Assembly: GCF_963676685.1 (NCBI RefSeq)
Contig: NC_092352.1
Span: forward strand, 67,208,001 to 67,272,000
Reading direction: 5' to 3'
DNA length: 64,000 bases
DNA from: Mytilus edulis
Taxonomy: Eukaryota
In this document: positions 52,901 through 64,000 of the stretch, one piece after another
Layout of the letters: each line of letters starts with the position of its first letter
Position numbering within the stretch: position 1 is the stretch's first letter
Notes under the pieces: generated by a model
The model's input: the letters and a program-made list of their open reading frames with translations, nothing else
Told to the model about the DNA's origin: nothing
Database searches by the model: none
Translations under genes and position numbers: made by a program

Positions 52901-55900
52901 TGAATTTGTTGCCTCTTTGCACTACACTAAACAGGTTGACATGCTTGTTACTCTTGTACTTTTCATTCTGATAATGATGCTTAACAACAACAAAAAACGT
53001 CAAAAACAGCTATTATGTCGGCTCATGTATTTGTTGGAATACCAAAATGATTCATCTTGGCGCCATTCTGTGTAATTTATATTCAAATAAGTTTGAGAAA
53101 ATGGTCAAACATATTAAATGTAGTCGATTATGAAAACCTGTAAGTGACACATTTAGCAAAGATAAAAATATAAAAATGTGTTTCATTGTTTATTTGGGAA
53201 AGAACGTTTTTTTGAAATTTTAAGGGTACGCATTTTGGCTTTGATTTTTCTTCTCAGGAGCTTATAGATTTTTTTCTCATAAAGACATTTGCGTGTCGTA
53301 TTAAAACAAATAATATTAATAAAGGTACTAAAATGCAAAATATCACATAGAAATTAAGTTAATTTTGACTGACTTAAGTTTAGGAAATATTTTCAACGGA
53401 TCCTCGTGTGAACAAATAACAATTGTCTGTTACAGTCCTGCCTTTGAACATGCATATTTAGATGATAAAACAATGTTATCTCTCTAAACCTTCAGAGTTA
53501 AAACCTCCATTTGGATATGAAGGTCTTTAAAATACACCCCGTTCAACCATACGGACAATCCCTTTGTAAGGACTTATCTTCGGCCTGAAAGCCTAGCATA
53601 TATGTAAGTACATGTTGAATTATTCAAAACACAATATTTTTTCCTACCCTTGGGTATCAATGCAATTACCGTAGACATATTTTCAATGATCTTCAACGTC
53701 TTATTGTACTTTGCATTCTAACTTTTTTATTCGATGCGTCTAATGTAGACCATACGCCTATTTGGCGTACCAAAGTATTAGGTATTATTAGCCTATTATC
53801 TTTGATGAGTTGTTTTATAACAAAATGCAGGTCTAGTTTTACGGGTTTTGTACAATTATCTATTCTGAGATCTATGTTTTCTTAAATTACAATGTATCCA
53901 TATCATTCATGTTAACTAAACACAAATTTAAACTTATAGTAATTCTTTTAATTATGGTTTAAAACCACAAAGTCTTTGATAAATTTGCATTGTAAAAAAG
54001 AATGTGCAAAACTCATTTTTACTTCAAATAAAGAAATACTTGGCATGAGTAAAGTTTATTTGGTACAGCACTAATATAGACAAAATTGTGCATAACATTT
54101 CAATCCATATAAGGATATAACCATCACTGAAAGTTATAAACCTATTAAATTTTCACTCCATTTTCTCCCTGTTTACAAACTTTAGTGACCGTGTAACCTC
54201 AGGTTTCCAAAATATTCTATTGAAACTACAAATAAAACAAAATGATGCTTTGAAACATATTTTTTTTATATATGTTAGGGATTTTTTTACTGTTATTAAA
54301 TGTAGGATTGATTTTCTACAACTGTCAAATTCAATTAAATATTTTGTTCGACCCTTTGTCGTATGCAACCGGGTGTGAAGTACATGTACTATTATTTGGT
54401 GGTGTTACACCTAATAGTGATTATTATACTTGAATGTTAATATCATGTGAAAATTGAATTGATCATAAAGCTGAAGGTTTATTAATAGGAAAGCATCCAA
54501 AAAGTAGGGTTATTTTATATTCTTCTTGATATTAAGCATTTCCTGCTTAATTTGTGTAGTCGTATCAATACTAAAAAAAAATGTCATAATTGGTCGTCAT
54601 TTTTAGGTCAACCATCAACGAGGCGGCAGGATGGAATTATGGTTTTGACAATGATGAATACTTGTGTCCGTGGTCATACTGATACACTGAACGACCAGAA
54701 CGATTCTCGATAGAGTCCTTTAAACATTTGAAAAGGAAATTATTGTGTTTCAATTACATCTTGGTTAAAGTCATATGAAACAATTGACCGGTGAAAAATT
54801 ATGTTATTCCAATTCTTGAACCAGTGCATACAAACATCATAAACTTAGCCTTCTGTGCACGATTTTATTATTATTTTCGCATAAATTTCTTATAATCGTC
54901 AATTTTTTTTCAATCAGTCATGAAATATGGCAGGTAATTAAAGTTCGTGATTTGAAGCCGATGTTTAACACTTGTCACCTGTTTGTCAACAATCAACAAA
55001 AACAACATTGATATTGAGTACATGTTTAACATGTTCAATCAGATAATAGTTTATTTTAAGGACATCCATGCGTATTGCGATCACCGGATTTTTACGAGAT
55101 GGGTCACACTGAGGTCACTTTGGATGCGGAAAATATGTCGGGGAATTGCTTCAAGGAAGCAATTAAAATAAAGTAAACTTCTTCTAAATATGAACAAATT
55201 AAAGAATGTTCTCCAGAAAAAAGTATATGTACACAAGTTTTATAATGAAAACTATCAATTGAGTTATAAGAAACATATGCATTTTTTTTTTAATTTGAGG
55301 TTTCTTATGACTTTAAGTATGCAGCTTCCTTGCACGTATTAATATCGCATGTGCTATATAAAATAATCTAAACTAGGACAAAATAGAATCATGTTGCTAT
55401 CAAATAAAAAAAAACGGTTAGTTAAAATTAGATCACAGAGAACCTTCACGATGATAATTGTAGAAAATTGATTAAATTTACTAAGGTTTCAACTCCATCG
55501 TGCAAAGTTAATTTCCTGTTCTGGGACTAGTTCGCGCTGCTTTCAAGACACCCATTGGTGTCCTTGATCTGTTTTCGGCTGTTTTATTGGGTTAGGTCTC
55601 TTTATTCGTTCGTCATTCTTTAGTTTTATTAGAGGTAACCTGTGAGATCACGAATCACGTACGAATCACGAACGTACATGTATCACCTACTTTCCTTTCA
55701 CGAATTTGACTATACTTTTTGGACCTTTTGGATTATAGCTCTTCATCTTTTATATAAGCTTTGGATTTCAAATATTTTGGCCACGAGCATCACTGAAGAG
55801 ACATATTTTGTCGAAATGCGCATCTGGTGCAACAAAATTGGTACCGTTGATTTTATTGCCTTATGACACAAAGCGGGATCATTAATTTCAAGTTATGATG

Positions 55901-57737
55901 CCTAAGTGTTCATGATTATCTCGCTTTGATTAAAAGTGCATTTGTTATTGATTGATACGCGTACCGTCTGGTTTATTTCTTTTTAGAATGATCTAAATAA
56001 CAAAAAAGGAGGAGATCCCTTGTACTCCTTGTACTTAAAAACAATACCGAATACTTAACAGAAAACTTCACATATACTATGTGTTCTTTCACAGAATGAA
56101 CGATGAATAACCAAATAAGATATAATAATATAATTTTATAATTTCAGCGTATTAAGTTCCAAATTTTATTTTCGGCGTACTATTTTTTTCCCCGGACCAA
56201 ATATCTAAATTATCACCAGCGATACCGCATACTAAATTGGGGTTAGAGGATGACCCTTTTATTCTATGAGCTGGCGGATTTATTGACCAGGAAAAAAATA
56301 GTAATACATATGCTGGCTTTCACCTTAAAAAAACCTGACCTCTAAATTCTATCATACAGTAAAATGATACATGTGTAATAAATACATAATCTTGCGTGTA
56401 GCAGTTGATTTGTTTTTCTAAATTAATAATCTGACTGACCAAATCTGCCAGACCGGCCCCCTCAGAATCAAATTGTTGCCTCCTAATACCCTCCTCAAAG
56501 ATAGATGATCGATACCCGCTATAACTGCGATATAAAGTTATATAAAGAAAAAGACGGGGAAAAAGGGGGGAATGATATTTTTTTTAATTATTTAATCACT
56601 AACGCTTTCCGTCAACGCCATAACGCTGATGACATTTTTTCCGTCTGGACTTTTTGAGGGAAACTTTGAAACCCAATTTTGACATTTGAAATGTTGCATT
56701 CGAAAAATACACCTTGTAAAACGCTCAATTTGAAGTGAAATTCTAAAATGAATTGTGCGTAAATTGTGCTCAAAATGAGTATAGTATCAGAATAAGGTGA
56801 AAAGTCATGCAGACAACTACTATTACTAGTACATGAATTAAACTAGCCAATTGGCATGATATCAATTTGAATGCATGAAATATCATAAACAAAATACCTG
56901 ATCTACACTCGGAAAACTTGACCATTTCAGTCGAAAAAATAAGATCTGAGCCGGCCATCATATCAACCGTGACTTTAAAGTTAAATAAGATTCAAATTGA
57001 ATACGTATATCATACATAAAAGACCAGGAATGACAATGATAAATAATTGATTACAACAACAAATATTTGAAAGGCTCATTTGACACTCGTTTGCATATCC
57101 TATTTCAATGTTTGTACTGGTAAGTAAAAACGTAATATTGTATGCACATAATCTAAGTGATTCTTACTGATGCATTGTATTTATCATGTCAACCCTAAAC
57201 TATAGAAGGAACTTCGTAACTTATAAACAGCATTAATTCTTGAATATGTGTATTAGGGACTAATGTGTACCTTATTTTGCTTAAGTAATTATTAGTTTAA
57301 AACAACTTTCTCATTAATTTTTATAGTAGCCTTTGCATATTTCAAAGCTTTATGATGATTTGGTATAAAGTGTTTTTATTTTCAATAGCAGTTCTCTCAT
57401 ATCATAATTTTATTATAACATTTGATATTGTCACTTTTGGAATGCACACTTCAGTTACCTTGATTGCTATCAACTGTTTTGTCGAATGTTATGTTCGAGA
57501 GTTCATTTTTTAATGACTTTTTGATTTTGACTGTAAAATATTCATGAAATGCTGATTTGGTGTGATTATAGTAACTTTCTTTATAAGGAAAAATACACGG
57601 TATATGTGAATGTAATTTTCTAGTCGATTTATTAGTAAAAATAAAAAAATAAAAAGCTTACCATGTGATTTGTCTGCCATTGACAATATTGCAGTTACAA
57701 GATACAGTCTTAAAAAGTTGAATGTATTATCGTCCAT
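46993..57737 (-). CDS. Receptor C: paralogue with a truncated second lectin exon (single-domain/secreted isoforms, or incipient pseudogene)
   Basis: Exons: 57662-57737 (alternative 59655-59724), 52597-52875, 50364-(stop at 50123; homology lost after QQKV), 49190-49231/49234 (canonical acceptor CAG>CTG, in-frame AAG 3 nt downstream), 48025-48100 (GVTVGVSVGLITIVGVVVVYMWFVRR) and 46993-47554 (intact tail). Confidence 0.75.
48747..48925 (+). mobile_element. tRNA-derived SINE-like segment ending in (TA)n, part of a ~600 bp repeat (~48300-48925)
   Basis: A box TGGTCGTGTGG and B box GGTTCGAATCC (48823-48833); no complete cloverleaf. Confidence 0.65.
55787..55830 (+). ncRNA. Minimal hammerhead ribozyme, family 3 (intact)
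   Basis: GCATCA CTGAAGA GACA-TATTT-TGTC GAAA TGCGCA TC TGGTGC: all three helices and the core are intact. Confidence 0.78.
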
Positions 57738-57763
57738 TTCGACGGCGTATAACAATGTTCACT

Positions 57764-57780
57764 TTCCTTTACAAGGAAGT
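57764..57780. promoter_or_regulatory. Conserved TTCC..AAGGAAGT (inverted ETS-like pair) just upstream of each receptor ATG
   Basis: Copies at 31550-31564, 39322-39338, 45908-45924, 57764-57780 and 59751-59767. Confidence 0.6.
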
Positions 57781-58414
57781 TACGATTTACCTATTCAGGT
57801 CATAAAAATAATGCTAGTAGTAAAGTAAACAAATTATAAATCAACCAATTATGAAATAAACGTTTAGACATGGATTCGATCTCTGGTATAGAGATTAAAT
57901 GGACTGTAAATCATCCAATACTACAACAATCATATACACATTGTCCTTTTTATACTTCCTCTGGTAAAAGTTAAATTATGTAGGACATGTAGTACGTTCT
58001 ACGTAATTTAAACTTTGCAACAACTTAAAATACATATATCTTTGGTAAGATATATAGTACATGATCGACAACGACAATATACCCGAAATGTATTACCAAT
58101 GACATAGTTCCGACACTCTAACATTTACACCACAGATTTAATTTGATTTTGGTAATGTTTTTTGTGAATTATGTTACATTCTAAATAGTGTACATTCTCT
58201 TAAGTCAACACCGAAGTAATCTTGGAAACTAAAAACACAACCAAAATGCATTGAAATACAACAACAGGTACTTGGTGTATATACACTATCCGTAAATTAT
58301 CATTACATGATAACTTAAATAATAAATTGTGTTTTTGTCAACTAACAGTTATAATTCAGTTGAATAGATATTTTAAAAAGATGCAGCATTAGTCTTGAAA
58401 TCATGACGAAACTC

Positions 58415-60560
58415 CTGCATGTCGGCTCATATGTTTTTGGAATACAAAAATGCTTCATCCTGACGCTATTTTGTGTAATTCATATTCAAATAAGTTTGCG
58501 AAAATGGTCAAACATATTAAATGAAGTCGATTATGAAAACTTTGATTTGATACATTTAGCAAAGATAAAAATATAAACATATGATTCATTGTTTATTGGG
58601 GAAAGAACGGTTTTTGGAAATATTTCGGGTAGGCATTTTGGCTTTGGTTTTCTTCTAAAGAGCATATTCAATTTTTTAGCATAAAGACATCTGCGCGTCG
58701 TTAAAAAACAAATAATTAAGATACAAAAATACACGATATCACATAAAAAATAAGTTAATTTTTATTGACTTCAGATTAGGAAATATTTTCAACGGATCCT
58801 CGTGTGAACAAATAACAATTGTCTGTTACAATCCTGCCTTTGAACATGCTTATTTAGATGAAAATGTGAATAAAACAATCTATATCACTCTTAACCTTTA
58901 AACCACTAAGTCTTTGTAAACTTTGCACAGTAAAAAAAATTATGCAGAACTCAACATTTCTTCAAATAAAAAATACTTGGCAAATTAAATACGTATACCA
59001 TGCATAAAAGACCAGGAATGACAATGAAAAATAATTGATTACAACAACAAATATTTGAAAGATAAAGGCTCATTTGACACTCGTTTGCATATCCTGTTTC
59101 AATGTTTGTACTGGTTAGTACTAACGTAATATTGTATGCACATAATCTAAGTGATTCTTACTGATGTATTGTATATATCATGTCAACCCTAAACTATGGA
59201 AGGAACTTCGGAACTTATAAACAGCATTAATTCCTGAATATGTGTATTTAATAACAAATGTGTACCTTATTTTCAGAAGTAATTGTTAGTTTAAAACAAA
59301 TTTCTCGGTAATTTTTACCGTAGCCTTTGAATATCTCAAAAATTTATGATTTTTTGGCGTAAAGTGTTTTTATTTTCATCAGCATGTCTTTCATATCATC
59401 ATTTTATTATAAAATTTTGTATTTTCACTTTTGCATACTTTAGTCACCTTGTTTGCTATCAACTGTTTTGTCGAATGTCGTTTATAAGAGTGTATTTTTA
59501 ATGACTTTTTAATAAAATAGTTGTTGACTGTAAACTATTTATTAAATGATGATGTGGTGTGATTACAGTAACTTTATATGGAAATATACACGGTATATGT
59601 GAATGTAATTTTCTAGTCGATTTATAAGCGAAAATAGAAAAATCAAAAGCTTACCATGTGATTTGTCTGCAAATGACAATATTGCAAGATACAGTCTTAA
59701 AAAGTTGAATGTATTATCGTCCATTTCGACGGCGTATAACAATGTTCACTTTCCTTTACAAGGAAGTTACGATTTACCTATTTAGGTCATAAAAATAATG
59801 CTAGTAGTAAAGTAAACAAATTATAAATCAACCAATTATGAAATAAACGTTTAGATGCGGATTTGATCTCTCGTATAGAGATGAAATGTCCTTTAATCAT
59901 TCAATGCTTCGATTTTCACATATCCACATTTTCCTGTTCATACTTCTTCTGGGGGAAATTAAACTATGTAGGACATGTAGTACGTTCTACGTTTTTTAAA
60001 CTTTGCAACAACTTGAAATACACATATCTTTGGTAAGATATATAGTACATGATCGATAGCGACAATAAACCCGGAATTTATTACCAGTGACATAATTCCG
60101 ACACTCTAACATTTACACCACAGTTTTAACTTGATTCTGGTAATGTTTTTGTGCATTATGTTACATTGTAAATAGTGTACAAGTCAACACCGAAGTAATC
60201 TTGGAAACTAAACACATAAACAAAATGCATTGAAATACAACAACAGGTATTTGGTGTATATATGTCGTGTACATTTTATGATTTTGGTACAGGTTATTAC
60301 GTGTACAAAAAATTTGTACAAGTAATTACTTGTATGATGGCATCGTACAGGTAATTACTATAACAAAGTTTTTGTACAGGTAATTACTTGTACAAAATAG
60401 TAACATGTACACGACATATACACTTCCAGTAAATAATCATTACATGATAACTTTGATACTAAATTGTGTTTTTGTCAACCAACAGTTATAATTCAGTTGA
60501 TAGATATATTTTAAAAAAACACAGCTTTAGTCTTGAATTCAAATAGACGAAACTCCTGCT
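58415..60560 (-). repeat. Tandem duplication of gene C promoter, exon 1 and part of intron 1
   Basis: 58415-58985 matches ~53015-53490 plus ~53960-54045, and 58990-60560 matches ~57000-58415. It contains an intact second signal-peptide exon, 59655-59724 (MDDNTFNFLRLYLAILSFADKSH). Confidence 0.88.
60263..60416. mobile_element. 154-bp MITE (TGTCGTGTACA...TGTACACGACA) with TSD TATA
   Basis: The empty site is visible in the duplicate copy (GGTGTATATACAC at ~58273-58285). Confidence 0.88.
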
Positions 60561-61856
60561 TAACGCAACGTATTATAAACATTGTATCTGGATTAGTTTT
60601 TACAAACACCGGGTCGATGCTAATAGTGGTTTAGACATGTTAATGAATGCAGGATATATGTGTAATCATTGTTATCATGGTTATCATATGCAACCGACTG
60701 AGTTATATTTTTAATTATTTTCAGATATTAATTTGTTCATGTTTATTTTTAACCGAATGCATGATCACGGATCAAATACAAATGCTGATGCACTCAAATG
60801 GCAAGCGATGCATACACAACAGGGTATACTCACTCTGTTGATGCTCATTGCCTGGTTTTGTTAAGAGTTCATGCGATTCCCACAGTATTTGTGTGTTGCC
60901 TGAATTTGTTTTCCTGAATCTGTAAAATATTTGCGATATTTGAACATGGTCGTCATTATGCGTTGATTTGCCTATCTAGAACATCAGGTTCACCAATGAC
61001 AACGAAAATGTTCCAATTGTCGTAACAAATAATCATGTCCTCTTTTTCCGAATTTGACCTACCTTATCGGACTTATTACGAATTGTATATTTACATGAGT
61101 AACACGAAATGTGCTACATGCAGACTTACCCTACTAGATCTCTTACTGAAGCCATCCCTGTTCGAGGTGGGTTCATGTTGTCCAGTCTTTAATTTCTTTT
61201 AATCCACCATTTTCTACATTTGAAAATGCCTGTACCAAGTCAGGAATATGACAGTTCTTGTCCATTCGTTTTTGATGCGTTTTGTTTTTTGATTTTGCCA
61301 TGTGATTATGGACTTTTCAAATTGATTTTCCTCTGAGTTCAGTATTTTTGTGATTTTACTTTTTTTTCAAATATTGTGTATTTTGGTGAACTGTTGTGTG
61401 GCTTTTTGGTCTATAATTTTTTTTTCTTTTTTTCTTTTTTCTGTTGCGTTGACAGTTAATTGTAACGTTTTAGTACGAATGGTCCTTTGTAATCTTTTGC
61501 CTCACTTTGCGAATTCTGAAGGTACTAAAGTGGAGAAATACTTTCGTAATCTATCATTAAAACTTCCGATTATGACTTTAAGTTTAACAATGTCAGAGAA
61601 ATCATTCAATATCCTTCATATTTTGCCTACCACTTAACAATCATACCTGATTTTGGAAATCGCAAAAATAAAAACCACGAGGAGTCGTTGCAGTTTACAA
61701 TACAATACAAGAAAATAAAAATTGAGGTAAACAAAAACCAAAAACAACCTGGTATTATCATGTCCTGCGGACGAAAACGTATATATTGTGCCATTAAGAG
61801 GCACCCGTGGTACATATGTGTGATAGTTATCAAAAGTACCAGGATTATAATTTTAT

Positions 61857-61900
61857 ACGCCAGACGCGCGTTTCGTCTACATAAGACTCATCAGTGACGC
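61857..61900 (-). ncRNA. Minimal hammerhead ribozyme, family 1 (intact)
   Basis: GCGTCA CTGATGA GTC-TTATGTA-GAC GAAA CGCGCG TC TGGCGT. Mutated or partial copies at ~7039-7074, 7341-7381, 27385-27425, 34110-34155, 43555-43595 and 63581-63597. Confidence 0.78.
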
Positions 61901-62810
61901 TCGAATGATAAACAGCATTCGTAGTCAAAGTGAGACAACATAACGGATTGCGGCTTCGACAATTGTAAAAATACATCGCAATCAGAAATGATAAATCATA
62001 AGTCGACGAAAAGCAGACACAACCATGGCTGAAACGAAATGACAAACAGCATCCTACGAAACATATCCAAAGTTATATGTTACAGAAAAATAAAAAATAA
62101 AAAGCAATCCCTCTAAGACTTAATATAATGTTTTCATTCGGAGCTTTCGGTTTATTAGCCTCATTGTTAGCAGCAACACTTAAACAAGGAAAGCATAATT
62201 AATGTGCAAGCAACTAAGGTACAATTTAGTCGATAAGTATACCGCATACCGTCTCTGCTCAAATTTTGAAAAAATAATAAATTTCTGGATGTAACTAAAG
62301 TTACGAAGCCGATTTAAGAACAAACTTAGTACCATTTATATAAATTTCGATTGATTAAAACAGTTCAACGTAGTCATTGAATACGGGTTTTTTTTTATTG
62401 AGAGAACACAATCTGTATATCAGAACGTAAAGGCAAGCTGTAACAAATATGGTTATTCTATGTTATAAGCACATGTTTACGTCGAAAGATATAAAATATA
62501 CATTTTCGTATGTCTGATCAATGACATAGAATTATGGTGTAATATGAGTGTCAATGACACAACATACCACCCAAGTCACACGTTACTTTGGGAAGGTCTG
62601 CAATCCAAACAATATAAAGGTCTATTGAAATTGATGTCCTGCTGTTTATCAGGGCAGATTTTCCACAAAACATCTAATTGGTCTTTATTGAATGCAACAT
62701 TTTTATTTCGGATTCATTTTCTAAATTATCCATTTCATTTTCATTATGATGGTTTGCCATTCCGTATGCAGCGAATTATGATGCTGTACAGGACGGTCCG
62801 TTCCGTTTTG

Positions 62811-63891
62811 CTAAAGAACTGTAAAATAATTAGCAGAATTTGATAATGAACTCTGTGTATGTTCTCTGATTCCAATTCCAATGTTTGATTCTACGTGATT
62901 GACTGTTTGGTCCTCATTTTCCTTTTTAGATTTATTTTGTTGGGTTACTGGACAAGGAATAATGTATTCATTTTCCATTTCTTTGTTGTTTATGTCTGGT
63001 TGATCTCGACTGGGTTGTTTCCTAAAATCTTGCTTTAATTCGTCATAGCTTCTTGATTCTTGATCTGTTGTCAATATCTCATAGTTGGAGTCCGAAGGAA
63101 TTGCAGTGTTTTTATTTCCAATGCTATATTTGTTTTCATCTCGTTTATTAGTTGTGTTTTGTTCGTCATCTGACACTTTTCTACAGTAAAACAAAACAAA
63201 TGATTCAAGTACTCTATCAATAAAATACAATGGATGATTCACTAGGTTAAAAATAGGATAACAAATTGGGAAGTACTGCAAGAAAATGACTTTAGTCAAA
63301 TCTAAGGCATGGCAATACTTACTCTTTCTCTATCCCTTCCTCAGCTATAATGTTATGTGAAGATAATAGAATAGTCGTTAATGCTTATAATGGTAAGGGA
63401 TTTACAAAATTATCTTTTACAAATGACGTTACCTTCTAACAAACAGTATATACACCACAATGACGCCGACAATTGTAATAAGTCCAACTGTAACACCTAC
63501 TGCTACACCTGAATAAAATTGAAATCAAGTTAATAAATAAACTCATCATAAATACCAGGACGAAATTTTTTATATACGATACGCCAGACGCGCGTTCATT
63601 GAATGTTAGCTTCATTCTATGTTATCCATAATGATGGTATCTATTGATAATAATTCTAGTAATAATTTCACCGTTAACATGTTTAAATCACAAAACCAAT
63701 CCGCATCGTCAAAGATATGCTAAGAAATAGTTGAATGTATAAAAGAAAATTAATACACAAATGTTATTTTCTCTTTAAAAGAAATGTTTGTTTGTTTTAT
63801 TCATCTGACAAAATCTGTTTAATGATCATGGCAGAGTTATACTTACTTACTACATTTGTTTCCTCTGATAACGAAACATCCGGAGAAATTG
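62811..63891 (-). CDS. Receptor D (3' part; 5' exons outside the window) with an ITAM-bearing, shortened tail
   Basis: Exons: 63847-63891 (45-nt stalk), 63433-63508 (76-nt TM, VAVGVTVGLITIVGVIVVYILFVRR) and 62811-63180 (tail with DSNYEILTTDQESRSYDEL, ending ANYFTVL*). Confidence 0.82.
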
Positions 63892-64000
63892 CTGAAAGTT
63901 GAATTAAAGTATCGTAAGTTCATTTCTCAAATAATGTTATTTGTATTGTAATAGAGTCTATAGATGCTATAGTTTCAGAGATATAATTCAAAAACTACAT

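Overview
AT-rich, intron-containing animal genomic DNA, most likely a bivalve of the Mytilus type; this is inferred from the repeat families and gene content and is not verified. Hand-spliced gene models give four main elements. (1) The 3' end of a minus-strand single-pass membrane protein (473-1239). (2) A complete 3-exon plus-strand secreted 'short-chain collagen C4-like' gene (11955-17075). (3) The main feature: a head-to-tail minus-strand tandem array, running from about 17.9 kb to the window end, of 6-exon type-I receptors. Each has a signal peptide, two divergent SUEL/rhamnose-binding-lectin-like domains, a stalk, a glycine-rich TM helix and a tyrosine-rich tail. There are two intact members (A, B), one damaged or isoform-switched member with a duplicated first exon (C), one partial member carrying a canonical ITAM (D) and two relics. 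(4) Mobile elements: a non-autonomous LTR element with a tRNA-Leu PBS and a Nin/Deu-SINE-like domain, several TIR elements with clear TSDs, hairpin elements, SINE remnants and dispersed Penelope-type minimal hammerhead ribozymes of three sequence families. A 100-N assembly gap with duplicated flanks lies at 7075-7174. Most short ORFs in the track are spurious.
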